Source: Bacteroidales bacterium
Lineage (GTDB): Bacteria > Bacteroidota > Bacteroidia > Bacteroidales > UBA932
Reading direction: 5' to 3'
Assembly: GCA_017618815.1 (NCBI GenBank)
Contig: JAFZTP010000093.1
Location: 1-45,880 of the forward strand
DNA length: 45,880 bases
The notes under the pieces are model-generated. The model was not told the DNA's origin. It ran no database searches and worked only from the letters and a program-made list of their open reading frames with translations. The position numbers and the translations under genes were made by a program. This document shows, piece by piece, positions 18,665-27,084 of this stretch. Each line of letters begins with the position of its first letter. Within the stretch, counting starts at the first letter, position 1.

Positions 18665-19138
18665 TCAGAAGCAGATTAATATGATGATCAGCAGGGCTCC
18701 GAGGATATAGCTGAAGGCATTCGCACGGAGAGTGGCGATCAGTATGCGCATGGACCTGTATCGCCGCCGGAGAATCATGAAATTGATCCCCAATTCTATC
18801 AGGACTGACAGTATAAGAGCTGTCAGGTAGTAGACTGCGAGGCTCAGCAGCTGGCGGGGATCGCCGACATTGACTTCGTTGGAGCTTACCCAGGGGAACC
18901 ATACGACCAGCCACCAGCCGCCGTTTATCGCCATCGTCGTGACGATTCCGACAGCTCCGCTTATCACGTTGGCAGCGGTCGCCGAAAGATATATCCTTTT
19001 ATTGAATCTTCTGTCTATCAGGTATTTGCTCATCAGGAAAGCTTCACAAAAGATTATGAAGGCCATGAACAGCCAGCCCATCGGGAGAAAGGCGAGTATC
19101 CCGAAGGATACGTTAAGAGGGACCACAATAGAAATCAT
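18665..19138 (-). CDS. Hypothetical integral membrane protein
   Basis: 157-aa ORF with 4-5 hydrophobic segments; TATCTTTG upstream on minus strand. Confidence 0.7.
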   Translation of the reverse strand: MISIVVPLNVSFGILAFLPMGWLFMAFIIFCEAFLMSKYLIDRRFNKRIYLSATAANVISGAVGIVTTMAINGGWWLVVWFPWVSSNEVNVGDPRQLLSLAVYYLTALILSVLIELGINFMILRRRYRSMRILIATLRANAFSYILGALLIIILICF

Positions 19139-19215
19139 TATTATATTAGTTTTCAGCTTTTTGCATCAGATGCAAAGATAATCAGATTCCCCGTGGATTC
19201 CAAGGATGAAACGCA

Positions 19216-20259
19216 CTATCGGAGGTCGCGATGTCCGTTGCGGGTGAGCCAGTCTATTAGAAACGCCGGACGGTCGGTCTGGATCATGGACACTCCATGG
19301 TCGATATACTGCTGGTAGACAGTGCCCGGATCTTCGGCCTGATATGCCGCGTCGTCGTCGTTGCCGTCCCCGCCGCAGAGACTCGCCCAGATGGTATTCA
19401 CCCAGACTTTGGAGCCTTGGCGGATGATCTTTTCGCAGGCTTCGGCGAATGCGTCGCCGTCGTTTGACTGCCAGCAGACTTCGTATGCCAGGGGCACTAC
19501 GCCCTGACTGAGATATGATTCCAGGAGGGCCTTCCCTTTCTCTTTCTGGATGTCCACTATCGGCATGTACATCATATTGTGCGGGTATGCGGCTTCATGT
19601 TCCGCAACAGTCTCGATGGCTTTCTTTCCTTTTATGAGCACCTGGTCGGTGACGCCGAGCTCTTCGGTGATGGCCAGTGCCGCGTCGTAGTAGTCATAGC
19701 CTTTGTCAATGTTTACGCAGATGCGGTCTTTCGTGCATTCCAGGGCTTCCCTGAGGGTCGGCATGCGGAGGGTGTCTATCGCTATGCCGTGGGCCCTTTT
19801 CAGGCTGAGGCTCTTTATTTCTTCGAGGGTGAGGTCGGAAATCTTGGGGCTCTTGCCTTTCTGGCCCCTGAAGACGCTGCTGAAATTGGTGGTCCGGAGC
19901 ACGTCGCTGTCGTGGCAGAGCACCAGCACAGAGTCTGCGGTCATATGGACATCGATCTCGACGATGTCGGCGCCCATCCGGATGACGCTCTCTATCGCGG
20001 GAATTGAGTTTTCGGGGAAGTTGCGCCAGTCGCCCCTGTGGCAGGCGACGACTACGTATTTCGATGCCGGATCATGGATCTGGGCCACGATGGCTTCAGC
20101 GCGGTTTTCATATTTCGGCGCCGGACAGGAGCTGGTGGGTTGGATATCGGTCGGACGAGAGCCGGCTGTTTTGGTATCAGTCAGACGGGCGTCGGCTGGC
20201 TGGGCGAAGAATACGATGCAGAGTGCGGCCGCTATAATCAGCAGAAGTTTTATTCTCAT
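19216..20259 (-). CDS. Secreted glycerophosphodiester phosphodiesterase family protein
   Basis: HRGDW..PENS, VEIDV, LCHD, IQTDRP; start MRIKLL at 20259. Confidence 0.92.
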   Translation of the reverse strand: MRIKLLLIIAAALCIVFFAQPADARLTDTKTAGSRPTDIQPTSSCPAPKYENRAEAIVAQIHDPASKYVVVACHRGDWRNFPENSIPAIESVIRMGADIVEIDVHMTADSVLVLCHDSDVLRTTNFSSVFRGQKGKSPKISDLTLEEIKSLSLKRAHGIAIDTLRMPTLREALECTKDRICVNIDKGYDYYDAALAITEELGVTDQVLIKGKKAIETVAEHEAAYPHNMMYMPIVDIQKEKGKALLESYLSQGVVPLAYEVCWQSNDGDAFAEACEKIIRQGSKVWVNTIWASLCGGDGNDDDAAYQAEDPGTVYQQYIDHGVSMIQTDRPAFLIDWLTRNGHRDLR

Positions 20260-20339
20260 GTGAATCGTCGTATTGGTATACTTGTTGTTCCAAAAATCCA
20301 TGCAATCTAGCCATTCCCTTTTAAAATAACAAACATCAC

Positions 20340-20897
20340 ATGAAACGCATTCTCATAATTCTCACATTCCTTCTTCTGTCCGGAGGAATGAGGGCTATAG
20401 CCCAGGATCTCGGTCTGGTAAACTATGGTGACACTATTTTTGTCACGAAGCTTCCGAAATATGAAGGGCAAGACGCTCCCGAGGACGCGCCGTTGCTGAC
20501 TCCCGAGAGAAGGGCGCTGGCTTTCCGATGCATAGAGAATGCATTTGGCAAGATTGTGAAATATGAGGAGTTTTACGGAGCCTGCACTGGCTTGCATTAT
20601 CTTATCGTGACGCTGGACAGCGGGGATGAGATTTCCTTCGAGGACGGCTGTCTTAGCGACTTTACTATAGTGTCTTCAAGGTTTCCCGTTGCGATGGATT
20701 GGTTCGAGGGAGGTTTGCGTGTCGGGAGTGCTCCTGCGCAGCCGAAAAAAGAGAGCATCATGATAGAACGCTCTGAGAATGATCCGAATGTGTTTCATTT
20801 CTGGGACGATGACATGAGATCCGACCTGGTCACCTCCTTTGAAATGGGCCCTGACGGATTAATCACAGAAATCCACTACTTTTTCAACGCCTGCTGA
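20340..20897 (+). CDS. Hypothetical secreted protein
   Basis: 185-aa ORF with Sec signal peptide; no recognised motif. Confidence 0.65.
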   Translation: MKRILIILTFLLLSGGMRAIAQDLGLVNYGDTIFVTKLPKYEGQDAPEDAPLLTPERRALAFRCIENAFGKIVKYEEFYGACTGLHYLIVTLDSGDEISFEDGCLSDFTIVSSRFPVAMDWFEGGLRVGSAPAQPKKESIMIERSENDPNVFHFWDDDMRSDLVTSFEMGPDGLITEIHYFFNAC

Positions 20898-20952
20898 GCG
20901 TGAAATGACTTCCTTGGGTTTGAATTAGGAATCTATTTCAGCAGCCATTGTT

Positions 20953-21876
20953 TTATAAGACCGCCTTTACCGGAGCTGCCCAGAAAGCGTCGGCATCCGT
21001 TGTGACAATTGTTCCTTCTTGAATCTCGTATCCTTTAAAACCAGACGGAACAAGATAGATCTTACGACCAATCTCATGCTGTCTATTGGGCCAGTCTTCC
21101 TGGAAGTAGGAAAGATTCTCCCAGCAGTCGAACCAATAGGTGTTCTTGGCCATATAGGAGTAGTGCTCGTTCACCTTGGTAGTAGCCTTCTTGAACCGGG
21201 GATGATACTGCATCTTCTCACCGGAAATATAGTGTTCCCTGATTTCCCGGAGAGAAAGCGGGGTGCCGTCCAGGTCTGAGGCGTAATTTCCATCCATATC
21301 GGTGTCAATCATAGCCCACTTACCCAGTTCTGGAAGCCATACTTCGTTCATGACATGACACTCAGTGTCCTCTTCATCTCCCGGCATACAAGTGACATAC
21401 CGAGCATCCAGTCCAGCGGCAAGCAGGAGTTCGAAGGTAAGGAGACTGTGCAACCGGCAGTTGAACGCGGGTTCGATATTTTTAGTGTACTCCCACAAAT
21501 CGATGGCATTCCGGTGCTCCGGTTCTATCTCCTGGTTATCGTGAGGTATGTTGGCCGCCACATATTTGCCGATGGCGAGTGCCTTGGTCCAAGTGTCCGC
21601 ATCAGCATCGTACAACTGTTCCAAATGGAAATAATCCCGGATCTCTTTTGCGCGGGCCGAATCCTGGAGTATCTTCATCTCAAAGGCAACCGTGTCCTTC
21701 TCAAAAGGGCCGGACGTACGGAGCAGGTCGACAAACTCATCGTATCTTGCTTCGTATCCCGGATAGATGGTAAGGCTGAAGTTTCCATACTTATGACGAA
21801 GATTAATCAACAAGATCACGGACAGAATACCGATCACGGCAAAGATGCCCCAGATAACTTTCAGAAACTTTTTCAT
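20953..21876 (-). CDS. Membrane-anchored transglutaminase-like protein
   Basis: N-terminal TM helix; Cys-His-Asp triad pattern FNCR / HVMNEVW / WAMID. Confidence 0.8.
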   Translation of the reverse strand: MKKFLKVIWGIFAVIGILSVILLINLRHKYGNFSLTIYPGYEARYDEFVDLLRTSGPFEKDTVAFEMKILQDSARAKEIRDYFHLEQLYDADADTWTKALAIGKYVAANIPHDNQEIEPEHRNAIDLWEYTKNIEPAFNCRLHSLLTFELLLAAGLDARYVTCMPGDEEDTECHVMNEVWLPELGKWAMIDTDMDGNYASDLDGTPLSLREIREHYISGEKMQYHPRFKKATTKVNEHYSYMAKNTYWFDCWENLSYFQEDWPNRQHEIGRKIYLVPSGFKGYEIQEGTIVTTDADAFWAAPVKAVL

Positions 21877-21899
21877 ACGCTATATCTTTAGTTTTCCAT

Positions 21900-22457
21900 C
21901 TAATCTGTCGAAAGGGCGATGTATTCCTTCAGAACTTGGCTCTGCGGTTTCAGCTTTGCCTTCCAGGCGAATTCTTGCTTGAAGCAGCGATTATCTTCCG
22001 TGGTGAAATAGACATTGTCAAACTCATCGTCCGACTCGGGAACAAAGAACATCAGTTTCTGGCCGGCGAACTGCGCCCATGCGCCGGCGGCATCGGCACC
22101 GACCTCAAACCATCCCAGGACATTGTTGTTGTAACGCTTGTCCTTATTGGAATAGACGATATAGTTTACCCAATAGCAGAACAGGTCATAAGGCGTCGAG
22201 TCGGGAAGCTGGAGGATGAACCGGTCGCCGGATTGCTTGACGGAAGGTCTGACGGGGTGATTGTTCTCATTAATCACCATGAAGTCATTGACGGCTCGCG
22301 TGATTTCAGTTTCGGTCATTTCCGCAACTATGACTCTTGTCCCAGTCGTGGTTTCATCGTTGATAAGTTGGTTCATGGTCACCTGTGCCTTTTGGCCGCA
22401 GGCGAATAAGGATGTGAAAAGGCCCATTGCTGTAAGAATGATTATTAGATACTTCAT
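21900..22457 (-). CDS. Hypothetical lipoprotein
   Basis: Lipobox LFAC; TATCTTTG upstream on minus strand. Confidence 0.7.
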   Translation of the reverse strand: MKYLIIILTAMGLFTSLFACGQKAQVTMNQLINDETTTGTRVIVAEMTETEITRAVNDFMVINENNHPVRPSVKQSGDRFILQLPDSTPYDLFCYWVNYIVYSNKDKRYNNNVLGWFEVGADAAGAWAQFAGQKLMFFVPESDDEFDNVYFTTEDNRCFKQEFAWKAKLKPQSQVLKEYIALSTD

Positions 22458-22562
22458 AATGTTTAATTTCTGTACAAAGATAGTGGAATATATCGAAAGA
22501 CAATAAATTTTTGCAAAAAATCGATAAGCGTCGCTTTACTCCTAGCCATCTTCACTATCACC

Positions 22563-22679
22563 CGGGCTCGTCTCGGTTAAGGGTGCAGCAGTATGCCCTG
22601 CACTGCTCCCTGCGGCACATCCTTGCACCCTCACCGGCCGAAAAGAAAAAAGGCATAACAAAAACGAGACTTGAGCCCG
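22563..22679. repeat. Nested inverted-repeat (multi-stem) element
   Basis: CGGGCTC/GAGCCCG, GTCTCG/CGAGAC, AGGGTGCA/TGCACCCT and GCAGT/ACTGC arms nest within about 117 bp. Confidence 0.7.
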
Positions 22680-22714
22680 AGGCTGTCCCTCGGGGGCTTC
22701 GGGGGCGCTCGGCC
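22673..22714. repeat. 42-bp GC-rich direct repeat, copy 1
   Basis: GAGCCCGAGGCTGTCCCTCGGGGGCTTCGGGGGCGCTCGGCC; 40/42 identical to 23435-23476. Confidence 0.93.
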
Positions 22715-22840
22715 CACCAGTCTCTTTATCTGTTTAGCGGTCCAATCATAACCGCCGCCCCATTGCTGTATATTTCGCAACCACCTTCCCGTCACGATAC
22801 ACAGTAAAACCCCGTCGGTCGCTCCTAAGGGTTACGAAAA

Positions 22841-23329
22841 TCAGCTATTATCGGGTTGCGCAACATTGTCATTCATCTGTTGCAATCTTGCGACAAATGC
22901 CAACAACACTTGCTGTTGGCATTCATCTCTGAACCAATACTCTATTCTATTTGATAGATCAATAATTCTATAATTAGTGACGACAAGATAATGATTTGTA
23001 CTAGACGAATCTATATACATCAAGGAATAATCATATACAAGTTTCTGCTGAAAGTGTTTCTTCTTTTTTGTTTTTGACAACAAATCTTCGAAGAATAACC
23101 GGTCCTCATCTGTAACAAGAATTAAGCTGGAAAATGGGTAGTCTCTTAGTCGTGATAAAGTACCCATCGTTGTACCTCCTCTGAACTCATTGGGGATCAA
23201 ATACAATTTGGAATCAGATTCTAATGGGAGAGTAATGGCTTCTCGAATTGCCGAATGAGAAGGAGTGCCACAACTGTTTATCACTAGAGCCGCAGAAAAA
23301 AGAAATAGCAAAACCGTAAACCTTTTCAT
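22841..23329 (-). CDS. AT-rich hypothetical lipoprotein
   Basis: MKRFTVLLFLFSAALVINSC lipobox; visibly more AT-rich than core genes. Confidence 0.7.
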   Translation of the reverse strand: MKRFTVLLFLFSAALVINSCGTPSHSAIREAITLPLESDSKLYLIPNEFRGGTTMGTLSRLRDYPFSSLILVTDEDRLFFEDLLSKTKKKKHFQQKLVYDYSLMYIDSSSTNHYLVVTNYRIIDLSNRIEYWFRDECQQQVLLAFVARLQQMNDNVAQPDNS

Positions 23330-23434
23330 AACCATGTATTTTGATAGCCCAAAACGCCTTCAATAATCATACCCTCTCTAATATTTATCTCCCAATAAAC
23401 GTATACAGTGGAGCACTAATGAAGCAAGTTTAGC

Positions 23435-23476
23435 GAGTCCGAGGCTGTCCCTCGGGGGCTTCGGGGGCGCTTGGCC
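23435..23476. repeat. 42-bp GC-rich direct repeat, copy 2
   Basis: GAGTCCGAGGCTGTCCCTCGGGGGCTTCGGGGGCGCTTGGCC. Confidence 0.93.
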
Positions 23477-23497
23477 GGGCCTCGTTTCCTACAACGC

Positions 23498-23524
23498 AAA
23501 AACGACAGCCAGAAAGGCTGTCGT
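23498..23524 (-). terminator. Intrinsic terminator of tRNA-Gly
   Basis: Minus strand ACGACAGCC-TTTCT-GGCTGTCGT followed by TTTT. Confidence 0.8.
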
Positions 23525-23534
23525 CTGCATTGAG

Positions 23535-23607
<73 letters not shown>

Positions 23608-23639
23608 ATTAAAAATCCCGGTTTGGTGTTTCGGGATTG

Positions 23640-23670
23640 CAAAGGTACGTAAATTTTCTTTACGTGCAAA
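23640..23670 (-). promoter_or_regulatory. Canonical Bacteroidetes -33/-7 promoter for tRNA-Gly
   Basis: TTTG-N19-TACCTTTG on minus strand. Confidence 0.8.
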
Positions 23671-23707
23671 TTTTTTTTTAGAAATTTACACTTCCGCGCA
23701 AAAAGAG

Positions 23708-24739
23708 CTAGACTTCCACGCAAGTTGAGAACTCGCGGAGGAAGCGCATGTCGTTCTCGAAGTAGTGACGGAGGTCATTTACCTGCCACTTGAGCATCGC
23801 GATACGCTCGATACCCATACCGAAAGCGAAGCCGCTGTACTTCTTGCTGTCGATGCCGGAAGCCTCAAGCACGTTAGGATCGACCATGCCGCAGCCGAGA
23901 ATCTCCAGCCAGCCGGTACCCTTGCAGATGTTGCAGCCCTTGCCATGGCAAATGTTGCAGCTCACGTCAACCTCGGCAGAAGGCTCGGTGAACGGGAAGT
24001 AAGACGGACGCATACGGATCTGGGCGTCCGGACCGAACATCTCGCGCGCGAAAAGAAGGATAGCCTGCTTAAGGTCTGCGAAAGTCACGTTCTCGTCGAT
24101 ATAGAGGCCCTCGATCTGGTGGAAAATACAGTGGGCGCGGGCTGAGATAGCCTCATTGCGGAACACACGGCCCGGGCAGACAATCCTGATAGGAAGTTTC
24201 ATGGACTCCATCGCGCGAACCTGCACGGAAGAAGTATGAGTCCTAAGGAGAAGCGGGTTGACATGACCGGTAGAGACGAAGAATGTATCCTGCATGTCCC
24301 TGGCCGGATGGTTCGGAGGGAAGTTCAGAGCCTCGAAGACATGATAGTCATCCTCGACCTCAGGACCCTCGGCGACGTCGTAGCCGAACTTGCGGAAGAT
24401 ACCGACGATCTCCTCGCGGGCAATTGAAACAGGGTGACGGGAACCAAGAGTATAGATATCTCCAGGCATGGTCGCATCCTCGGACGAAGACGCTGCAGAC
24501 GAAGAACCGGCAGCAGCCTTGAGCTCGTCTATCTTGGCCGTAGCTTCCTTCTTGAGGACATTCAGCTTCTGGCCGAACTCCCTCTTGAGCTCCGGCGCGA
24601 TAGTCCTGAATTCATCAAAAAGCTGGGTGATCTCGCCCTTCTTTCCGAGAAGACGCACTCTCGCCTCCTCCACTTCTTTCTCGGTCTTGCACTGCAGAGA
24701 CTGGATCTCTGCCATTATCCGTTCAATCTGTTCCTTCAT
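23708..24739 (-). CDS. pheS: Phenylalanine--tRNA ligase alpha subunit
   Basis: HPARDMQDTF, LRTHTS, FHQIEG, YFPFTEPSAE, GFAFGMGIER. Confidence 0.99.
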   Translation of the reverse strand: MKEQIERIMAEIQSLQCKTEKEVEEARVRLLGKKGEITQLFDEFRTIAPELKREFGQKLNVLKKEATAKIDELKAAAGSSSAASSSEDATMPGDIYTLGSRHPVSIAREEIVGIFRKFGYDVAEGPEVEDDYHVFEALNFPPNHPARDMQDTFFVSTGHVNPLLLRTHTSSVQVRAMESMKLPIRIVCPGRVFRNEAISARAHCIFHQIEGLYIDENVTFADLKQAILLFAREMFGPDAQIRMRPSYFPFTEPSAEVDVSCNICHGKGCNICKGTGWLEILGCGMVDPNVLEASGIDSKKYSGFAFGMGIERIAMLKWQVNDLRHYFENDMRFLREFSTCVEV

Positions 24740-24811
24740 TTTCTAAAATATTTTCGGGATGCAAAGATAACCAAAACAAATAAGAATTGTCCTGGTTTTC
24801 AAAAAAATCGC

Positions 24812-25216
24812 CTACTCTTCACCGTAGGACTTGCGCCTCTTGGCACGGGCCTTAGCCTCACGGCCAGCGCCAGACTTGAGATACTTAGCCCACTGAGCCT
24901 CATTGAAAAAGCTCTTGTAGCTATTGTAGATCTGCTCCATCCACTTATCCTGGACACGGATGTAAAGGTTCGAATTCTCGACCTTGGCATCCTTCAGCGA
25001 CTGAATCTCAGCCTCGAAGGCAGTATAGTCATTCTGGAGAGTAGAATCCACCTTAAACACCTGCCAGTCATCGAGATCAAGCAGGTCGGCAAGTCTGTCA
25101 GCCTCTTTTGCGGCACGTTCCAGCATCGTCATCTCCTTATTCTGGGCGAAAACATTGCTCTGGAAAAGGAATCCGGCGGCAAAAGCGAGCATTATGGCCA
25201 AAAACGTCTTATTCAT
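24812..25216 (-). CDS. Hypothetical secreted helical protein
   Basis: Signal peptide ending VFA-Q; core-like codon usage; start 25216 (or 25231). Confidence 0.7.
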   Translation of the reverse strand: MNKTFLAIMLAFAAGFLFQSNVFAQNKEMTMLERAAKEADRLADLLDLDDWQVFKVDSTLQNDYTAFEAEIQSLKDAKVENSNLYIRVQDKWMEQIYNSYKSFFNEAQWAKYLKSGAGREAKARAKRRKSYGEE

Positions 25217-25279
25217 AGCAAAAAATTTCATAGATTTGCATAATGGACATGCTGCAAAAATAAGAATTTAATATAATAT

Positions 25280-27082
25280 ATGAAAGGAAAAGCACTTCTC
25301 TGCATCCTCGCCTTGACAACGGCGGCATCGGTTACCAACACCACCGACGCATGCACAAACATCATCATCACGAAAGGCGCCAGCGCCGACGGCTCATGCA
25401 TGGTATCATATGCAGCCGACTCGCACGCCCTCTATGGAGAACTTTATTTTCAGGACGCCGCTGACTGGGAGCCAGGCTCCACCAGAAAGATAATCGACTG
25501 GGACTCAGGACGCTATCTCGGAGACATCGAACAGGTAGCCCACACCTACAAGAGAGTCGGAAACATGAATGAGCACCAGCTCATCATCGGAGAGACGACC
25601 TTCGGAGGCCGTCCGGAGCTCATGGACAAACACGGTGTCGTCGATTACGGCTCGCTGATCTACATAGCCCTCGAGCGCTGCAAGACCGCCCGCGAAGCCA
25701 TCAAGGTAATCACCGACCTGGCCAACGAATACGGCTACTACTCCAGCGGAGAATCATTCTCGATCGTCGACAAGGAAGAGGCCTGGATCCTCGAAGTCAT
25801 CGGAAAGGGCATGATCATGAAGAACGGCAGGAACATGAACAAGGGAATCGTATGGGTCGCCCGCAGGATTCCGGACGGAATGGTCAGCGCACATGCCAAC
25901 CAGTCCCGCATCACCACTTTCCCGCTGCACGATCCTGAGAACTGCATGTACTCGAAAGACGTGATCTCATTCGCCCGTAAGAAAGGATATTTCGACGGAG
26001 CTGACGACGACTTCAGCTTCGCAGACGCATACGCACCGCTCGACTTCGGCGCCCTCAGGGCATGCGAGGCCAGGGTATGGAGCGCATTCAACATCATGAG
26101 CAACGGCTGGTTCTCATTCGAGGACGAGAACGGACGCATGGTCACGAAGGACGCAGCTGAATTCCTCGAGTACGCGATGGGTTACAGCCGCACTCCGCGC
26201 ATCCCTCTCTACATCCAGCCGGCCAAGAAACTTACGGTAAAGGACGTGGCCGACATCATGCGCGACCACTTCGAGGGCACTCCTATGGACATGACCCAGG
26301 ACATCGGCGCCGGCGGAAACGCCCTCCCGTACAGATGGAGACCGATGAGCTTCGAATATAACGGCAAGACATACGTCAACGAAAGGGCCATCGCCACCCA
26401 GCAGACCGGCTTCTGGTTCGTAGGCCAGGCAAGAGGCTCATACCCTGACGTGATCGGCGGCATCATCTGGTTCGGCACCGACGACGCCGCAACCTCATAC
26501 GTCACTCCGATCTACACCAATACCACCAGGATCCCGAAATGCTTCCAGGAAGGCAACGGAGACATAATCACCTACTCAGCGACATCTTCATTCTGGGCCA
26601 ACAACCGCATCGCCAACGACTGCTACAGGATGTACAACATCATGGCACCATACGTAAGGGAGAAGGTTGACGCCTTCGAGAAAGAGCAGCTGGAGGCAAT
26701 CCGCGCGATCGACAGCAAAGCCCTCGATCTCTATGCCAAGGCCGCTGAAAAGGCAAATGCAAGGGCCGAGAAGAAAGGTGAATACTACAACCCGAGGGAA
26801 GATACCGGAGACAACTTCTCAGCCGTCAAGAGATATCTCACAAGCTTCTCCGTAGAAACGGCCCAGAAGCAGTTCAAGGCATGGAAAAAGCTCGAGGAGA
26901 CTCTTCTCGTGAAATACATCGACGGCAACGTCAAGGGCCAGGACAAGGACGGCTCATTCATCCACAGCGACCTCTCCGTACACATGTCAGGCAAGATCGA
27001 GCATCCTGAATACACAGACATCTGGAAAGAGAACGTGGCCAAGACCCACGGCGAAATAATCGAAGAAAAAGAACTTCAGTAA
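25280..27082 (+). CDS. Peptidase C69 family dipeptidase
   Basis: Ntn nucleophile ACT after signal peptide; MNEHQL.IGETTFGG; ERAIATQQTG. Confidence 0.93.
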   Translation: MKGKALLCILALTTAASVTNTTDACTNIIITKGASADGSCMVSYAADSHALYGELYFQDAADWEPGSTRKIIDWDSGRYLGDIEQVAHTYKRVGNMNEHQLIIGETTFGGRPELMDKHGVVDYGSLIYIALERCKTAREAIKVITDLANEYGYYSSGESFSIVDKEEAWILEVIGKGMIMKNGRNMNKGIVWVARRIPDGMVSAHANQSRITTFPLHDPENCMYSKDVISFARKKGYFDGADDDFSFADAYAPLDFGALRACEARVWSAFNIMSNGWFSFEDENGRMVTKDAAEFLEYAMGYSRTPRIPLYIQPAKKLTVKDVADIMRDHFEGTPMDMTQDIGAGGNALPYRWRPMSFEYNGKTYVNERAIATQQTGFWFVGQARGSYPDVIGGIIWFGTDDAATSYVTPIYTNTTRIPKCFQEGNGDIITYSATSSFWANNRIANDCYRMYNIMAPYVREKVDAFEKEQLEAIRAIDSKALDLYAKAAEKANARAEKKGEYYNPREDTGDNFSAVKRYLTSFSVETAQKQFKAWKKLEETLLVKYIDGNVKGQDKDGSFIHSDLSVHMSGKIEHPEYTDIWKENVAKTHGEIIEEKELQ

Positions 27083-27084
27083 GA

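Noticed and set aside
22511-22807. 98-aa plus-strand ORF
   Set aside because: TTG start, runs through the hairpin and repeat, no protein-like features
22747-22845. Minus-strand frame ...GFTVYRDGKVVAKYTAMGRRL* resembling a YD/RHS repeat
   Set aside because: About 30 codons, no start, similarity too vague to support
22673-23476. Direct repeats as a CRISPR array
   Set aside because: Only two copies, about 720 bp between them, no cas genes
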